Shown in pieces: positions 1 to 9,484 of a DNA stretch of 64,000 nt (the stretch's first letter is position 1; every line of letters begins with the position of its first letter). The notes under the pieces are model-generated. The model did no database searches and was not told the DNA's origin. It saw only the letters and a program-made list of their open reading frames with translations. The position numbers and the translations under genes are program-made. This stretch comes from Clostridia bacterium (GTDB lineage Bacteria > Bacillota > Clostridia > Christensenellales > QALW01): contig JAFXDC010000026.1 in NCBI GenBank assembly GCA_017516345.1, positions 2,334-66,333 on the forward strand, read 5' to 3'.

Positions 1-142
1 GCGGGGTACGGCATCCCAGAGTCTCCCTCCCGAGCTTAAGGATCACTGTCTCTTTATCCCCGACCCCTCCTCTCCGGACTCGGGCTGGTGGACCCTCTAT
101 CAGGATCCCAATACCGGCGAGGCTCTGCCGCTTAAACAGTAA
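1..142 (+). CDS. 3' end of an unknown CDS (partial, runs off the left edge)
   Basis: The frame starting at position 2 is open up to TAA at 140-142 (..GWWTLYQDPNTGEALPLKQ*) and is followed by a terminator. No family recognised. Confidence 0.35.
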   Translation, partial: RGTASQSLPPELKDHCLFIPDPSSPDSGWWTLYQDPNTGEALPLKQ

Positions 143-150
143 AACAAAAT

Positions 151-210
151 AAAAGGACGGCCAAATGCATTCTCGCGGCTTACTGCCGCGGATCTGAGCC
201 GTCCTTTTTT
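151..210. terminator. Compound bidirectional stem-loop between convergent genes
   Basis: aaaaGGACGGC ... GCCGTCCtttttt outer stem, with an inner CGCGGC/GCCGCG hairpin. A-run on the left and T-run on the right. Confidence 0.6.
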
Positions 211-216
211 ATGCCT

Positions 217-1098
217 CTATTTATATTTCTTGCTTAGCTTTTCAATGGCATCGTCACCCCAAAGCTTGCGCAAGGACTCACGATTTCTCTCAAGATAATC
301 CGCCGCCTGCTTTTTTGTAAGGGTTGCAAGAAGCTTATCCGCAACGCGATATTGCTGACTGTCACCAACTATACCGTTGCTCAGAATGACCTCAAGATTT
401 GCCTTCTCATTGCTCTGCTTTATCCTCTCCTGCTCATCCCTTAACGCCTGCTCATATCTTTTCTCGGCATCCGCAACCTCCATGCGGTATTTGTCAAGAA
501 CGTACTGCGCCTGACCTTCATTTTGAGCATCCTTCATCTGCTTTTTCCCCTCAAGCTCTCCAAGCTCGCTCTGCGCACGGGAATCTATGCTCTCCTCCAC
601 GCTCTTGACTATGCTGGACCTACCAATGCCCTGCCTTATGGCATCCTGGCGGAAATCCTCCTTGTCGGTCTCGGCATCCTCCTTGAGCCTCTGCTTGTCA
701 GCCTCATGCTCCATTTCGGCTTCTGCACTCTGCTGCTCAAGCTTCTCAAGCGCTCTGTCCCTTGCAAGCTTAAGCTCGTCCGTGGAATACTTCTCCACGC
801 TCTCAAGTGCCATTTTTTCTATCTCCTCCGCCGTGAGCCATTGCTCGGGAAGCCTTGCGTCATTCTTATTATAATCGGGCTTCATGCCATCCGTACCGCT
901 TTGCTGTATTTCCTTTGCCTGCTCTGCGTCCCGCGCAAGATCACCGATTATAAGAAAACTCCCCACCTTAAGACTTTTATCGTTTCTTATCCCGCCGTTC
1001 ATTCGGGCAAGCCTTATAACAGGTATCCCGTACTTGTCAGCAATGGACTTAAGAGTGTCCCCCTTCTCGATCCTGTGATATATAAATCCTTCCTTCAT
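217..1098 (-). CDS. LysM-domain protein with a long charged coiled-coil region (phage-associated)
   Basis: N-terminal 'YHRIEKGDTLKSIADKYGIPVIRLARMNG' is LysM-like; the rest is E/K/R/Q/A-rich. Start moved to the ATG at 1098, preceded by AAGGAGGAAAC. Confidence 0.7.
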   Translation of the reverse strand: MKEGFIYHRIEKGDTLKSIADKYGIPVIRLARMNGGIRNDKSLKVGSFLIIGDLARDAEQAKEIQQSGTDGMKPDYNKNDARLPEQWLTAEEIEKMALESVEKYSTDELKLARDRALEKLEQQSAEAEMEHEADKQRLKEDAETDKEDFRQDAIRQGIGRSSIVKSVEESIDSRAQSELGELEGKKQMKDAQNEGQAQYVLDKYRMEVADAEKRYEQALRDEQERIKQSNEKANLEVILSNGIVGDSQQYRVADKLLATLTKKQAADYLERNRESLRKLWGDDAIEKLSKKYK

Positions 1099-1140
1099 GT
1101 TTCCTCCTTGATGCTTATGCATCTGATCTCTAACCACATT

Positions 1141-1521
1141 CTAAGCTCTGCCGCCCGATATCACCGCTACGGCACCCTCGGCGGCTATGCTTGCACCCTC
1201 GCATTCCACCCTTACCGAAAGCTCACCCGAGCCCTTGTAATAGATGGGATAGCTCACTGCGTTTTCCCCCGCAATAAGCCAAAATTGTCCCGACGAGGAG
1301 CACAGCCCCCTCGGATCGTATATCTTGACCCTCAAAGCGCAGGGCGCGGCGGCGATGGGCTTAACGTGAAGCATTCCCCACCGTACCGCACCGCCCGCCT
1401 TGATCCTGAAGAGCTCCTGCTCCCCCTGCAGGGTAATGCTTTGACTGTTCTTTATAAAAAGCGGTCTGCTCAGGCAGTATACCGCCATCTCAAGCTCATT
1501 AAGCCTGTCCTTTATTTTCAT
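1141..1521 (-). CDS. Hypothetical phage structural-module protein (126 aa)
   Basis: ORF packed between the 475-aa and LysM genes on the same strand. No recognisable motif. Confidence 0.5.
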   Translation of the reverse strand: MKIKDRLNELEMAVYCLSRPLFIKNSQSITLQGEQELFRIKAGGAVRWGMLHVKPIAAAPCALRVKIYDPRGLCSSSGQFWLIAGENAVSYPIYYKGSGELSVRVECEGASIAAEGAVAVISGGRA

Positions 1522-1525
1522 ATCA

Positions 1526-2953
1526 TCATCCCGCCGTAAATATTATCACGGGCTCGGCAACCGTAAATCGGCTGCCCTCCCTGTTTCTGATGCCAAGCCT
1601 TATCATGTGCCCGCTTATCCTCATGGGCACGCTGTACATCCGACGCTCCTTGCTTAACGTCAGGCTCTTTTTCAGCTTACCTCTCTCGCTTTCTACGCTG
1701 ATCTCAAGGCTTCCCTCGCCCTCGGCACTTATCATGATGCACCTTATCTGCTTTATCATGTCGGGCTTGCCAAGGGTGCTCATGGGGCTCTCCCACACGG
1801 CGTTTATCGGCTTATCTCCAAACCTGTCCGATCCGTCAAAGCCGTAGATGTACCCGTCGTCGGCAAGAAACAGCAGCTCATCCTTGCCAAGATCGTCCAC
1901 CCTCACCATGCATTTTATGCCAATGCCCACAAGGATGTCCCACTTCTCAAGCTCGCAGTTGTATCTGAGCACCACGTTGTTGCCCTCGCCCCCGTAGTTG
2001 TCCGAGTGCACCGCAACGTAATATGCGTTGCGCCAGAACACCGATACCGCCTCGCTCTTTTCAGCACCGCCGTATATATCCCTTATGCGCTTGCTGATGC
2101 ATCTTACCCGCTCGCCGTCAAAGGAATATACGCCGTCCTCCGCCGCAAATATCAGTCTGTCCCCGCATTGCTCTGCGGTGTCAAAAATGAATTGCGAGCA
2201 TCTGTAGCAGTCCCTTAATACGAATTCCGATTGATACCCGTATCCTCTCAGCTCGGTGATGCCGTGTTGCCAGAAGATATACAGACTGCTGCCAAGCTCC
2301 GCCATGCCCACAGCCTTGCCGTATGCAGAGTTAACGTCGATATATCCGCCGTGCTCCGCACCCTCCTCCAGGTCGCTGGGATCATATTGCGCCGAAAAAT
2401 ATATTCTGTTCGGATAATACCAATCCCCCACCCCGAAAAATCTCTCTGCGTATATGGTCCCATGGCTGAAGCCGGGATATTGGTATATCTTGCCACCATC
2501 ACTTGTTATAAACTGACATCCCGCACTCGGCCCGCTGATTATCTTCATGCTTCTTTGCCCAACGCTGTAGTCGATCCATACCTTGATGTTGCTTCCGTAG
2601 CCTGCGCTCTTTTTAAATACCGTCTCGCTGAGCCCGTACCACTCCTCGTACCATCCGTCCTCACCCTCAAGCATGAGCACATCCTTGCCCATTACCTTGT
2701 TTACATGTATCCGCTTGATCCCGTCGGGTACCTTGGGAAGCAAAAAGCTCCCGTTACCGTATGGATTATACTTGCTCTTGCGCCCGTATCCCCCGCAGGG
2801 CTTCAATACCCCCTCGTCGGTGGATACGTTGTAAACCTCTGCTCCCGCATAAGGCGGGAGCACCTGTTGGTCGTAGCGTTGGTCAACTCCGCCAAGAAAG
2901 GAGTCTATCACAAAGGAGTATCTGCGCTTGGGTCTGATCCTGGGCATCATCAT
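1526..2953 (-). CDS. Phage structural protein, function unknown (possible tail/nozzle-like component)
   Basis: The ATG at 2951-2953 overlaps the upstream TGA (ATGA) and follows GAGGAGGTGG. Its size and its position after the adaptor-like gene suggest a virion protein. No family motif recognised. Confidence 0.55.
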   Translation of the reverse strand: MMMPRIRPKRRYSFVIDSFLGGVDQRYDQQVLPPYAGAEVYNVSTDEGVLKPCGGYGRKSKYNPYGNGSFLLPKVPDGIKRIHVNKVMGKDVLMLEGEDGWYEEWYGLSETVFKKSAGYGSNIKVWIDYSVGQRSMKIISGPSAGCQFITSDGGKIYQYPGFSHGTIYAERFFGVGDWYYPNRIYFSAQYDPSDLEEGAEHGGYIDVNSAYGKAVGMAELGSSLYIFWQHGITELRGYGYQSEFVLRDCYRCSQFIFDTAEQCGDRLIFAAEDGVYSFDGERVRCISKRIRDIYGGAEKSEAVSVFWRNAYYVAVHSDNYGGEGNNVVLRYNCELEKWDILVGIGIKCMVRVDDLGKDELLFLADDGYIYGFDGSDRFGDKPINAVWESPMSTLGKPDMIKQIRCIMISAEGEGSLEISVESERGKLKKSLTLSKERRMYSVPMRISGHMIRLGIRNREGSRFTVAEPVIIFTAG

Positions 2954-3492
2954 TGCCACCTCCTCTGAGGCATCAGCATGCAGGAGCACCCGCTTCCCGC
3001 AAGGGCGGCATCAGCCTGCGCATTGTAAAGCACGGCATCGTCGCTCCTGCCCTCGGATACCATAAATATGCTTAGCGCCAAAAATACGTATACCTGCGGG
3101 GATATCTCACCGCTGGGTATGCACGGCTCGTCACTGTCCTTTACCATGTATGGTGGTATGTAGCTGTAGGTTATCTCCACCCTTGAGAATGGCTTACTGC
3201 CTACAAATATGCACCCACTCTCCACCTGAGCCTCCACCGTCACTCCCCCGACCTTGACCCCTCTTAAATAGGCAAAGGTCTGGCTTAACAGACTCTTTTT
3301 TATCCTGCAGCTTCCGTCAAGGGTGATCTCCTCTGTCATTATCGGATGATAATAATTCCTTGCCACCCTCTCATATGCGTAATTTATGCATCTTGTAAGC
3401 TTGCCCTTGAGCACGGTCTGCTCCTGATGGGTCGCACTGTACTCCTCACCAAGCATATCCATGCATTGCCTTACCATTGATTTAAGATTCAT
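2950..3492 (-). CDS. Putative head-tail adaptor/connector-like protein (180 aa)
   Basis: Lies two genes downstream of the capsid gene, with an ATGA overlap to the upstream gene. The functional call rests on synteny only. Confidence 0.45.
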   Translation of the reverse strand: MNLKSMVRQCMDMLGEEYSATHQEQTVLKGKLTRCINYAYERVARNYYHPIMTEEITLDGSCRIKKSLLSQTFAYLRGVKVGGVTVEAQVESGCIFVGSKPFSRVEITYSYIPPYMVKDSDEPCIPSGEISPQVYVFLALSIFMVSEGRSDDAVLYNAQADAALAGSGCSCMLMPQRRWQ

Positions 3493-3767
3493 GCTTTCGC
3501 ACCACCCTTCATTATTTTTTCATTGTATCTGTCAAGCTCGCGAATAATGCTCTCCAGCCTCTCGATCCTGGTCATGCGCGCATGCTCGATACTGCGTGCG
3601 TCAAGCTGATCATACGGAAGCTCGCAGGCAAAGCTGTCCCTGCAGCTCCTGTCGTGAAGCTCAAATCTTCCAAGTAGCCTGTTAAATACAATGAAATAGT
3701 TTTCATCTACCTCTTTTATCCGTTGCGCTATATCGCAAACGTCATGGGTTATCTCTATTAAACACAT
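3489..3767 (-). CDS. Small hypothetical phage protein
   Basis: The ATG at 3767 follows TGAGGTGA. The track start at 3776 is a GTG lying inside that RBS. Confidence 0.45.
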   Translation of the reverse strand: MCLIEITHDVCDIAQRIKEVDENYFIVFNRLLGRFELHDRSCRDSFACELPYDQLDARSIEHARMTRIERLESIIRELDRYNEKIMKGGAKA

Positions 3768-3802
3768 TCTTATCACCTCATAATATGCTATGCAATATAA
3801 CG

Positions 3803-3830
3803 CTCTGCCAAGGGCACGCCCTTGGCAGAG
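3803..3830 (-). terminator. Perfect 12-bp stem / 4-nt loop hairpin just downstream of the capsid gene
   Basis: CTCTGCCAAGGG-cacg-CCCTTGGCAGAG. The weakly U-rich tail on the minus strand suggests a partial terminator or an mRNA-stabilising hairpin. Confidence 0.5.
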
Positions 3831-3874
3831 AAGGATTTCCCAAAGCTCTTACGTCGGCCTTATACCGCCGTGAC

Positions 3875-5053
3875 TTAAGCCTCGGTAATACCGGTGATCC
3901 TTGCCTGACCGCCGGGACGGGTGCACATAAGCTCGGCGTACTTGACAAGAGTTGCGCCAAATACAGGCTTGCCGGGGATCTGTCTTAAAATACCGCCGTT
4001 CTCACCCTCAAGCCATCTCCAGTCGCAAAGCTGATGAAGCTCAAAGTCACCGCTGGAGAGCAGATACATGGTTCCGTTGGGAACGAATCTGTCGGCTACG
4101 ATGGGCATGCCCGCATAGCTGATGGCCTTGTATCCGCCCTCAAGCTCGGTCACGTTTACGTTGCGCTTGCTGGCTTCAAGAGCGGCGGCATATGCGCGGC
4201 GTACACCGTAGGAGCAAAGCGCAATGTCCACCTTGCTGCCCGCATTCTCCTCAACAAAGTCAATGGCCTGCTGTATCTTTGCATCGGTTATGTCACCGGC
4301 ATTTGCATAGGTGTATGCCTTAAGCCAGGCATTGTCCTGCTTGGACAGGCCGTAAAGCTCTCCGCCGTCGGCAAAAATAGCCTCAAGACCGGTGATCTCG
4401 TTTCCCTTGCTTCCCTGCATAACCATAACGGAATTCTTGGAAGCGGTCACGGTACGGTCAAGATGAACGCTTGTGCCGCTTGCGGTCTTTTCAATTCCGG
4501 TAATGGTCACGCCGCTTACCGCGGGAGTGCCGTCGGAAATGGATGAGTAAATATCCACCACCATGCCTGCGGCAAGGTTGCGAGCGCTGTCCACGCCGAT
4601 CTTTTTTGCGTTTGATGCATCTGCACTAATGGTGCAGAGCTTGCCCGAGCCGTCACCGTAAAGCATACGGGAGAAGTTGAACTTTGCACTTCTTAAAAGA
4701 CCGTCCATCTCGGCGTTAAGCAGGTTTACAAAGGCACCTGCGGAGCTCTCACCGGCTCTTATCGCCTTGTCGCTTATCTGAATGGAGCCGTAAAGGTTCT
4801 TAAGCGTGCTTACGAACTGCGCGTAGTTGTTGCCTGTAGCACCGGGCAGATCTCCCGCCTCACTGCCCGCAGAAATGCCGCCGTTCACACCGTAGATGGC
4901 GGCCTTGCGTACCTCCTTGCCGTAAACACAGCTCTCGCTCTGCTTTATCATGGCATAAAAGGGATTGCTCTCCATGTTAAGCTGATGTGCCACCACATCA
5001 AGATAAAACGATTTTAATGCGTTTTCCGCATTGGTAATTGTTACTGTTGACAT
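3875..5053 (-). CDS. Phage major capsid protein
   Basis: 392 aa, directly after the scaffold gene. Strong RBS (CAAGGAGGAC). Synteny is terminase-portal-scaffold-capsid. Confidence 0.75.
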   Translation of the reverse strand: MSTVTITNAENALKSFYLDVVAHQLNMESNPFYAMIKQSESCVYGKEVRKAAIYGVNGGISAGSEAGDLPGATGNNYAQFVSTLKNLYGSIQISDKAIRAGESSAGAFVNLLNAEMDGLLRSAKFNFSRMLYGDGSGKLCTISADASNAKKIGVDSARNLAAGMVVDIYSSISDGTPAVSGVTITGIEKTASGTSVHLDRTVTASKNSVMVMQGSKGNEITGLEAIFADGGELYGLSKQDNAWLKAYTYANAGDITDAKIQQAIDFVEENAGSKVDIALCSYGVRRAYAAALEASKRNVNVTELEGGYKAISYAGMPIVADRFVPNGTMYLLSSGDFELHQLCDWRWLEGENGGILRQIPGKPVFGATLVKYAELMCTRPGGQARITGITEA

Positions 5054-5069
5054 TTTTTAGTCCTCCTTG

Positions 5070-5678
5070 TCATCTTTTGTATAATTCCCTTGTCATTTCA
5101 GCCGCATCCTCAAGGCTTGCGGCCTTGCTTCTTTCCCGCAGAGGGATATATCCCCCGCGCTTAAGCACGGGAGCACCCTGGGCGGATATCTCGGTCAGAT
5201 ACCTCATTACCACCCCGTCGTATATCCTTTGATCCTCCATGCACCTTGCAAGAAACTCCTCACTTTCAAGAAGCTCCTCGGGGGATACGTATCTGCGGTC
5301 AAGTATATCCATATACGCGGCTTTTAATTTTTGCTCGATGTCATCTCCGACCTCGGCAATGCTCCCCTCAAGCTCCGCCTTAATATCCGCCGCCTTGGGA
5401 TATCTGCGAATGAATTCCTCAAGCGCCTCACTGCGCCTTTGTGCCACCTGCTCAAGCTCACGCTCCCTTTGCTCCCTGAGCCTGAGCTCCTGAAGCTGAC
5501 CGTGCTCCCTTTTAAGCGCGGCAAGCTGTTGACTGCGTCTTGTGAATTCCGCCTCAAGGGCCTCGTATGCGCGGAGAAGCTGGTCGTTTGTCGCAAACTT
5601 CTGCGGCATTGCCTCCCCGCCCTTATCGGAGCCCACCTCGGGTTGTTCCGATATATTTTCTTTGTTATGCTCCTTCAT
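5070..5678 (-). CDS. Phage scaffolding protein
   Basis: 202 aa, highly charged E/R/L/Q-rich helical sequence between portal and capsid. Overlaps the portal stop by 14 nt. Confidence 0.65.
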   Translation of the reverse strand: MKEHNKENISEQPEVGSDKGGEAMPQKFATNDQLLRAYEALEAEFTRRSQQLAALKREHGQLQELRLREQRERELEQVAQRRSEALEEFIRRYPKAADIKAELEGSIAEVGDDIEQKLKAAYMDILDRRYVSPEELLESEEFLARCMEDQRIYDGVVMRYLTEISAQGAPVLKRGGYIPLRERSKAASLEDAAEMTRELYKR

Positions 5679-7458
5679 TATCTCGCGCCTCCAAATGCAT
5701 CATGTAGTGCTTTGTGATCTCCTCGGCTCTCTTTGAGCCCTCAGCCTTGAGTCTGCCAAACTCCTCGGTCATCATGTATCTGCCGTGCTCGGCAAGATGT
5801 ATATCGTGGTCATCCGCCACCCCGATCTGGGCAGGAGCAAGTCCCTCGTTCTCCCGCTGAGCCGCCTTGGTCTGCAGACTTGCCATGGAATCACAGCTCT
5901 CCCAATCCCCAAGCCCAAGCGCGGCAAATATCCTGCTCTTTTCATCTCTTTCCATGCCGCTGTTATTTGTAAACATTCCGCGTGCCATAAGGTCAAAGAG
6001 CATCTGTCGCCTCTGAGATACGTTCTGACTCATCTCGTTTTCGGTCTCGTGGATAACGTCGTCGCTGCTTAACTGGCTTCCCTTAAAATAAAGGGTGGCA
6101 AGACTGCCGTTATCCCCCGCTATCTGCATGAGTCTTGGCTGAGTTGCATACTGTCTGTAAAGCCTTATCCACATTTTAGCCATCTCCTTTGCCGCATCCC
6201 TTATGCTCTCGCTGGTCACGGCAAGTCGGGTGTTGTCCTGGTCGTTAAGAAGCGATAGCGCAACACCGCTCGTGGCGGCTCCGGAAAAGCTTCTTCGCAT
6301 CATCTCGCTTACCCCCGATACCATCTCAAACTCCTGAAGAAGCTGTATCTCCTCACGGGCAAACTCGTTGGGAAGCTGTCCCACCGGCATCATCTGAGGG
6401 GGATTGCTTCCCGCACGGTATACAAGTATCCGTCCCGGGCACAGGCCCTCCTGCTCAAGGCTTTGGGTGTCCACAGCACCCTCCTCCACCGCCACCACGC
6501 CAAAGGCGGCTCGGTTAAGGTATTCGTGCTTGCGGTTCTTTACCGCATTGTACGCCCTCTGCACGGGAATGCACCGCTCTATTACCGATATCCCAAAGAA
6601 CCCGGTCGCATCGGGCATGGCTACCTGGCGCACAAACGGAAGCTCACGCTTGCCGCCCTCACCGTTTTTGTAGGGAAGCTCACCCTCATATACAAGCTCA
6701 TCCCCCGCCACGATAAGCAGGCGCCCATTCTTAAACTCCACGTCGGGCATCTGATAATACTCCGATACCGTAGCGCAGTCCTCACCCTGCGAGCTTATCA
6801 TGCTGTTTAGCACTCTCCCGCCCGTGGGCTGTACCCTTACGCCGTAGAGCTGCTCTATCACGCTTACGGGCACAAGCTTTGAATGGATGATGCTTCTGCA
6901 TTCCCCCACGCTTCTGCTGCTGCAGCTGTCGGGAAATATCTCAAAGGGGGAGCACACCTCCACCGCAATATCCCCGCACTTGACTCCGCCGCTCTCCGCC
7001 TCGGGATCCCATATCACCTTGTAGAAGGCACTGCCGCAAAGCTCGCTCCATTGAGTAGCCTCCTTTATAAGCCCCGGCATGTTGAGCCTGTGGTATGCAC
7101 TGTGCAGTATGCTCCTGCAAAGAAGCGCGTTTTGTCTGTCCTCCTCGTCACTGCTTGCAGGTCGCACGCTCATTAACGGCCTTATCTGTCCAAGCCTTGA
7201 AAGCCTTGCCTCTATGATGGGGGCAATGTGGTTGAATACCTCCTGCTCCTGCCAATAATACTGCTTGGCGCAATCGTATATCTGACCCGAATAGGGCGCG
7301 ATATCGCAATATTGCTTGCCCTTCTCAAAGTTGATATTCAAGCGCCACTGAAGCTCGTAGGGCATGCGCTCGCTCGCCCTTCTTTCAAGCTCACCGTTTA
7401 CCATCTCGGCAAGCCCCTTTTTGCGCAGAGCCTCCGCCCTGCTCGTCTTGTCCTTCAT
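5665..7458 (-). CDS. Phage portal protein
   Basis: About 600 aa, immediately downstream of the large terminase. Start chosen at the ATG at 7458, preceded by AAAGAGG; the open frame extends to 7503. Confidence 0.75.
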   Translation of the reverse strand: MKDKTSRAEALRKKGLAEMVNGELERRASERMPYELQWRLNINFEKGKQYCDIAPYSGQIYDCAKQYYWQEQEVFNHIAPIIEARLSRLGQIRPLMSVRPASSDEEDRQNALLCRSILHSAYHRLNMPGLIKEATQWSELCGSAFYKVIWDPEAESGGVKCGDIAVEVCSPFEIFPDSCSSRSVGECRSIIHSKLVPVSVIEQLYGVRVQPTGGRVLNSMISSQGEDCATVSEYYQMPDVEFKNGRLLIVAGDELVYEGELPYKNGEGGKRELPFVRQVAMPDATGFFGISVIERCIPVQRAYNAVKNRKHEYLNRAAFGVVAVEEGAVDTQSLEQEGLCPGRILVYRAGSNPPQMMPVGQLPNEFAREEIQLLQEFEMVSGVSEMMRRSFSGAATSGVALSLLNDQDNTRLAVTSESIRDAAKEMAKMWIRLYRQYATQPRLMQIAGDNGSLATLYFKGSQLSSDDVIHETENEMSQNVSQRRQMLFDLMARGMFTNNSGMERDEKSRIFAALGLGDWESCDSMASLQTKAAQRENEGLAPAQIGVADDHDIHLAEHGRYMMTEEFGRLKAEGSKRAEEITKHYMMHLEARDNEGA

Positions 7459-7559
7459 CTGTTTACCTCTTTTCTGAATACTTTTTGCCATGTGTCTGAC
7501 CAAGGATCAACACTTGCACATATTCACATATCAGCATTTGTCCCTTTTTTACGCAGTTT

Positions 7560-8975
7560 TTAAAATCTTTTTCTTTTTCTTTGATAGATAAGTCTTTCCA
7601 GGTCCTTCTGCACCTCGTTTTTGGCCGCCTTGGGCAATACCGCACCCGACGGCCTTGATGCCACGAAATATCTCAGCTCGTCCAACGCATGATCGTCCTT
7701 TTTTATTGGCTCCTCACCGCTTCCGTAGCGATAGGTCTTAAACTCCCTTATAAGCTCACTGCAGCAATTAAAAATGTATAGCCTTGGCCTGTCGGGGTCA
7801 TTTGTCAGATATTGCTTTACAAGCTGTATGCCGCTTGGCACGTTCTTGTCCACCTTGGGATTGACCGCTATGCCCTGCTCGCTGAAGAGCTGAGCTACGC
7901 TCCTTGTCCCGGACAGAGTCCTTTGCAGAGCCGCCGAGTCTATAAGGGCGGCATATCTCCCCGCACTGTCCCTCTTCCAGGAAAGCTGTCGGCTTATCTG
8001 CTTTATCCTCTCGGAATGCCAAACACAGTCCTTCCCGCTTTGGAAATGCTCCGCAACCACGTATATGTTGCCGTCCCCGTCCACCGCATACCAATGCGCG
8101 CTTAACGGGTTTACAAATCCGGGATCAATGCTTATACAGCTCTGCCAATGCTCGGGAATATCAAAGGGCTCTATCACGTGCACCCTCTCGTCAAATTCGG
8201 GATAAACAAGTCCGTTCTTGGAGGCAAACTCACCGTACTGCCTGCTGCGTCTCTGCTCCTTGCTCAGCACCCTCTCCATCAGCTCAAGCTCCCCCTTATC
8301 AAGATAAGGGTTGTCCTGCCAGCTCATGGTCTGATGCCATACCTCGGGATCATCGGTGTTTAAGTATATCTGCTCGTGCACCCAGGTAAGTCCCATAAGC
8401 GGGGTCATGGTGCCCCATATGTCCCCCTTGCGGTCAAGCACCCTCATGCGGCACTCCTCGTATATCTCAAGGGGCGGCTCCTCATCAAACCATACCCAGT
8501 CAAGACTCGTGCCCTGAAAAACGCTCCGCCCCTGGTCACAGCTCTTAAAGCCTATCATGGACAGCCCTCCGTGCACGCTTCTTACCAATATAAAGTCGAT
8601 TATTCCCCCCTCGGGGTTATCCCTTCTGCCCTTCTTCATTACTATACTGTGTATCCACTCCTTGGGAAGATAGGACAGCACCTTTTTTTGCGCAACGTCT
8701 CGTTGCACCTCTCCCGTCAGACTCACCACCCACCCTTGAGTGGGGCCCTTGATCTCTCTGTAGGGGTGTATCCCCCGCGCAAACCATACCGCCTCCACCG
8801 CACCGCACTCGGTCTTGCCCGTACGGTTGCCACCGAATACCCATCGGTTGCGCGCACTGCAGCGGTGAAACTCCATCTGCTTTTTGTGCACCCTCTTGCG
8901 GTTGTAACCCGCCAGCTTAAAAAGCTCCCTATGCCTGGCCATTAAGGCCTTTTTCTCTTTATCAGTCAGACTCAT
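7560..8975 (-). CDS. terL: Phage terminase large subunit
   Basis: Walker A 'GGNRTGKTECG' and Walker B-like 'DWVWFDEEP', with a C-terminal nuclease-like region. Overlaps the upstream small gene. Confidence 0.9.
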   Translation of the reverse strand: MSLTDKEKKALMARHRELFKLAGYNRKRVHKKQMEFHRCSARNRWVFGGNRTGKTECGAVEAVWFARGIHPYREIKGPTQGWVVSLTGEVQRDVAQKKVLSYLPKEWIHSIVMKKGRRDNPEGGIIDFILVRSVHGGLSMIGFKSCDQGRSVFQGTSLDWVWFDEEPPLEIYEECRMRVLDRKGDIWGTMTPLMGLTWVHEQIYLNTDDPEVWHQTMSWQDNPYLDKGELELMERVLSKEQRRSRQYGEFASKNGLVYPEFDERVHVIEPFDIPEHWQSCISIDPGFVNPLSAHWYAVDGDGNIYVVAEHFQSGKDCVWHSERIKQISRQLSWKRDSAGRYAALIDSAALQRTLSGTRSVAQLFSEQGIAVNPKVDKNVPSGIQLVKQYLTNDPDRPRLYIFNCCSELIREFKTYRYGSGEEPIKKDDHALDELRYFVASRPSGAVLPKAAKNEVQKDLERLIYQRKRKRF

Positions 8976-9231
8976 CTATGATCCTCTGCGCCTCTTTAAG
9001 GGTTATCTCGGCATTTTCCCTGCCTCCCTGGCCGCCACCCTCCAGATACCACCTCGCCGCCGCAAGGTCTGCAGGGACGTCGCGGCTTATCACCTTGGTG
9101 AGCACTAGCTCACTCTCGGTACTGCCGTCAGGCTTCTTTATCTCCTTAAGCTCCCGCACCTCTTCCTTGGTCTTGTATCCGCAGGCTCGCTTGATAAAGG
9201 CCTTCATTACCTTTTCTCTTGAATCGCTCAT
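8962..9231 (-). CDS. Putative terminase small subunit
   Basis: 89 aa starting 'MSDSREK', after GGAGGGACCGGA. It precedes terL directly and overlaps it. Confidence 0.45.
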   Translation of the reverse strand: MSDSREKVMKAFIKRACGYKTKEEVRELKEIKKPDGSTESELVLTKVISRDVPADLAAARWYLEGGGQGGRENAEITLKEAQRIIDESD

Positions 9232-9439
9232 TCCGGTCCCTCCTAACAGAAATAAGCATATCACCCCCGACGGCCTCCTTCGCATTTTTGTGCCACTTTG
9301 TCACATATTTTTTATTTTTTATTTTAACACCTCAAAAAAAGCGGGAAAAAACCGAAAAAAAACGCATTTTTTAATGGTTTTTTTGCACTTAAGATCAAGC
9401 TTATTGCTTAAAAAAACCGAAAATACCCAAACTAAGAAT

Positions 9440-9467
9440 AAAAAAACGCACGGTTTCATGACCGTGC
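9440..9467 (-). terminator. Minus-strand intrinsic terminator at the right edge of the phage block
   Basis: GCACGGT-catgaa-ACCGTGC followed by a T7 run when read on the minus strand. Confidence 0.45.
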
Positions 9468-9484
9468 AAAAGGAGTGATATTTT

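Larger units (their letters stand above)
217..9231 (-). mobile_element. Phage-derived packaging/head (and possibly short-tail) morphogenesis block; prophage remnant or domesticated module
   Basis: Collinear terS-terL-portal-scaffold-capsid-small proteins-475 aa-126 aa-LysM, with ATGA or 14-nt overlaps between genes. No integrase, repressor, replication or lysis genes seen on either side within the window. Confidence 0.7.

Noticed and set aside
523-1539. 338-aa plus-strand ORF, and several shorter ORFs, overlapping the phage LysM and 126-aa genes
   Set aside because: Low-complexity L/S/P-rich translation, no RBS, and antisense to well-supported, tightly packed phage genes.
7463-7645. 60-aa ORF between terminase and portal, and other 60-100 aa ORFs overlapping the phage genes
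   Set aside because: They overlap the better-supported terminase and portal frames, and have no RBS.
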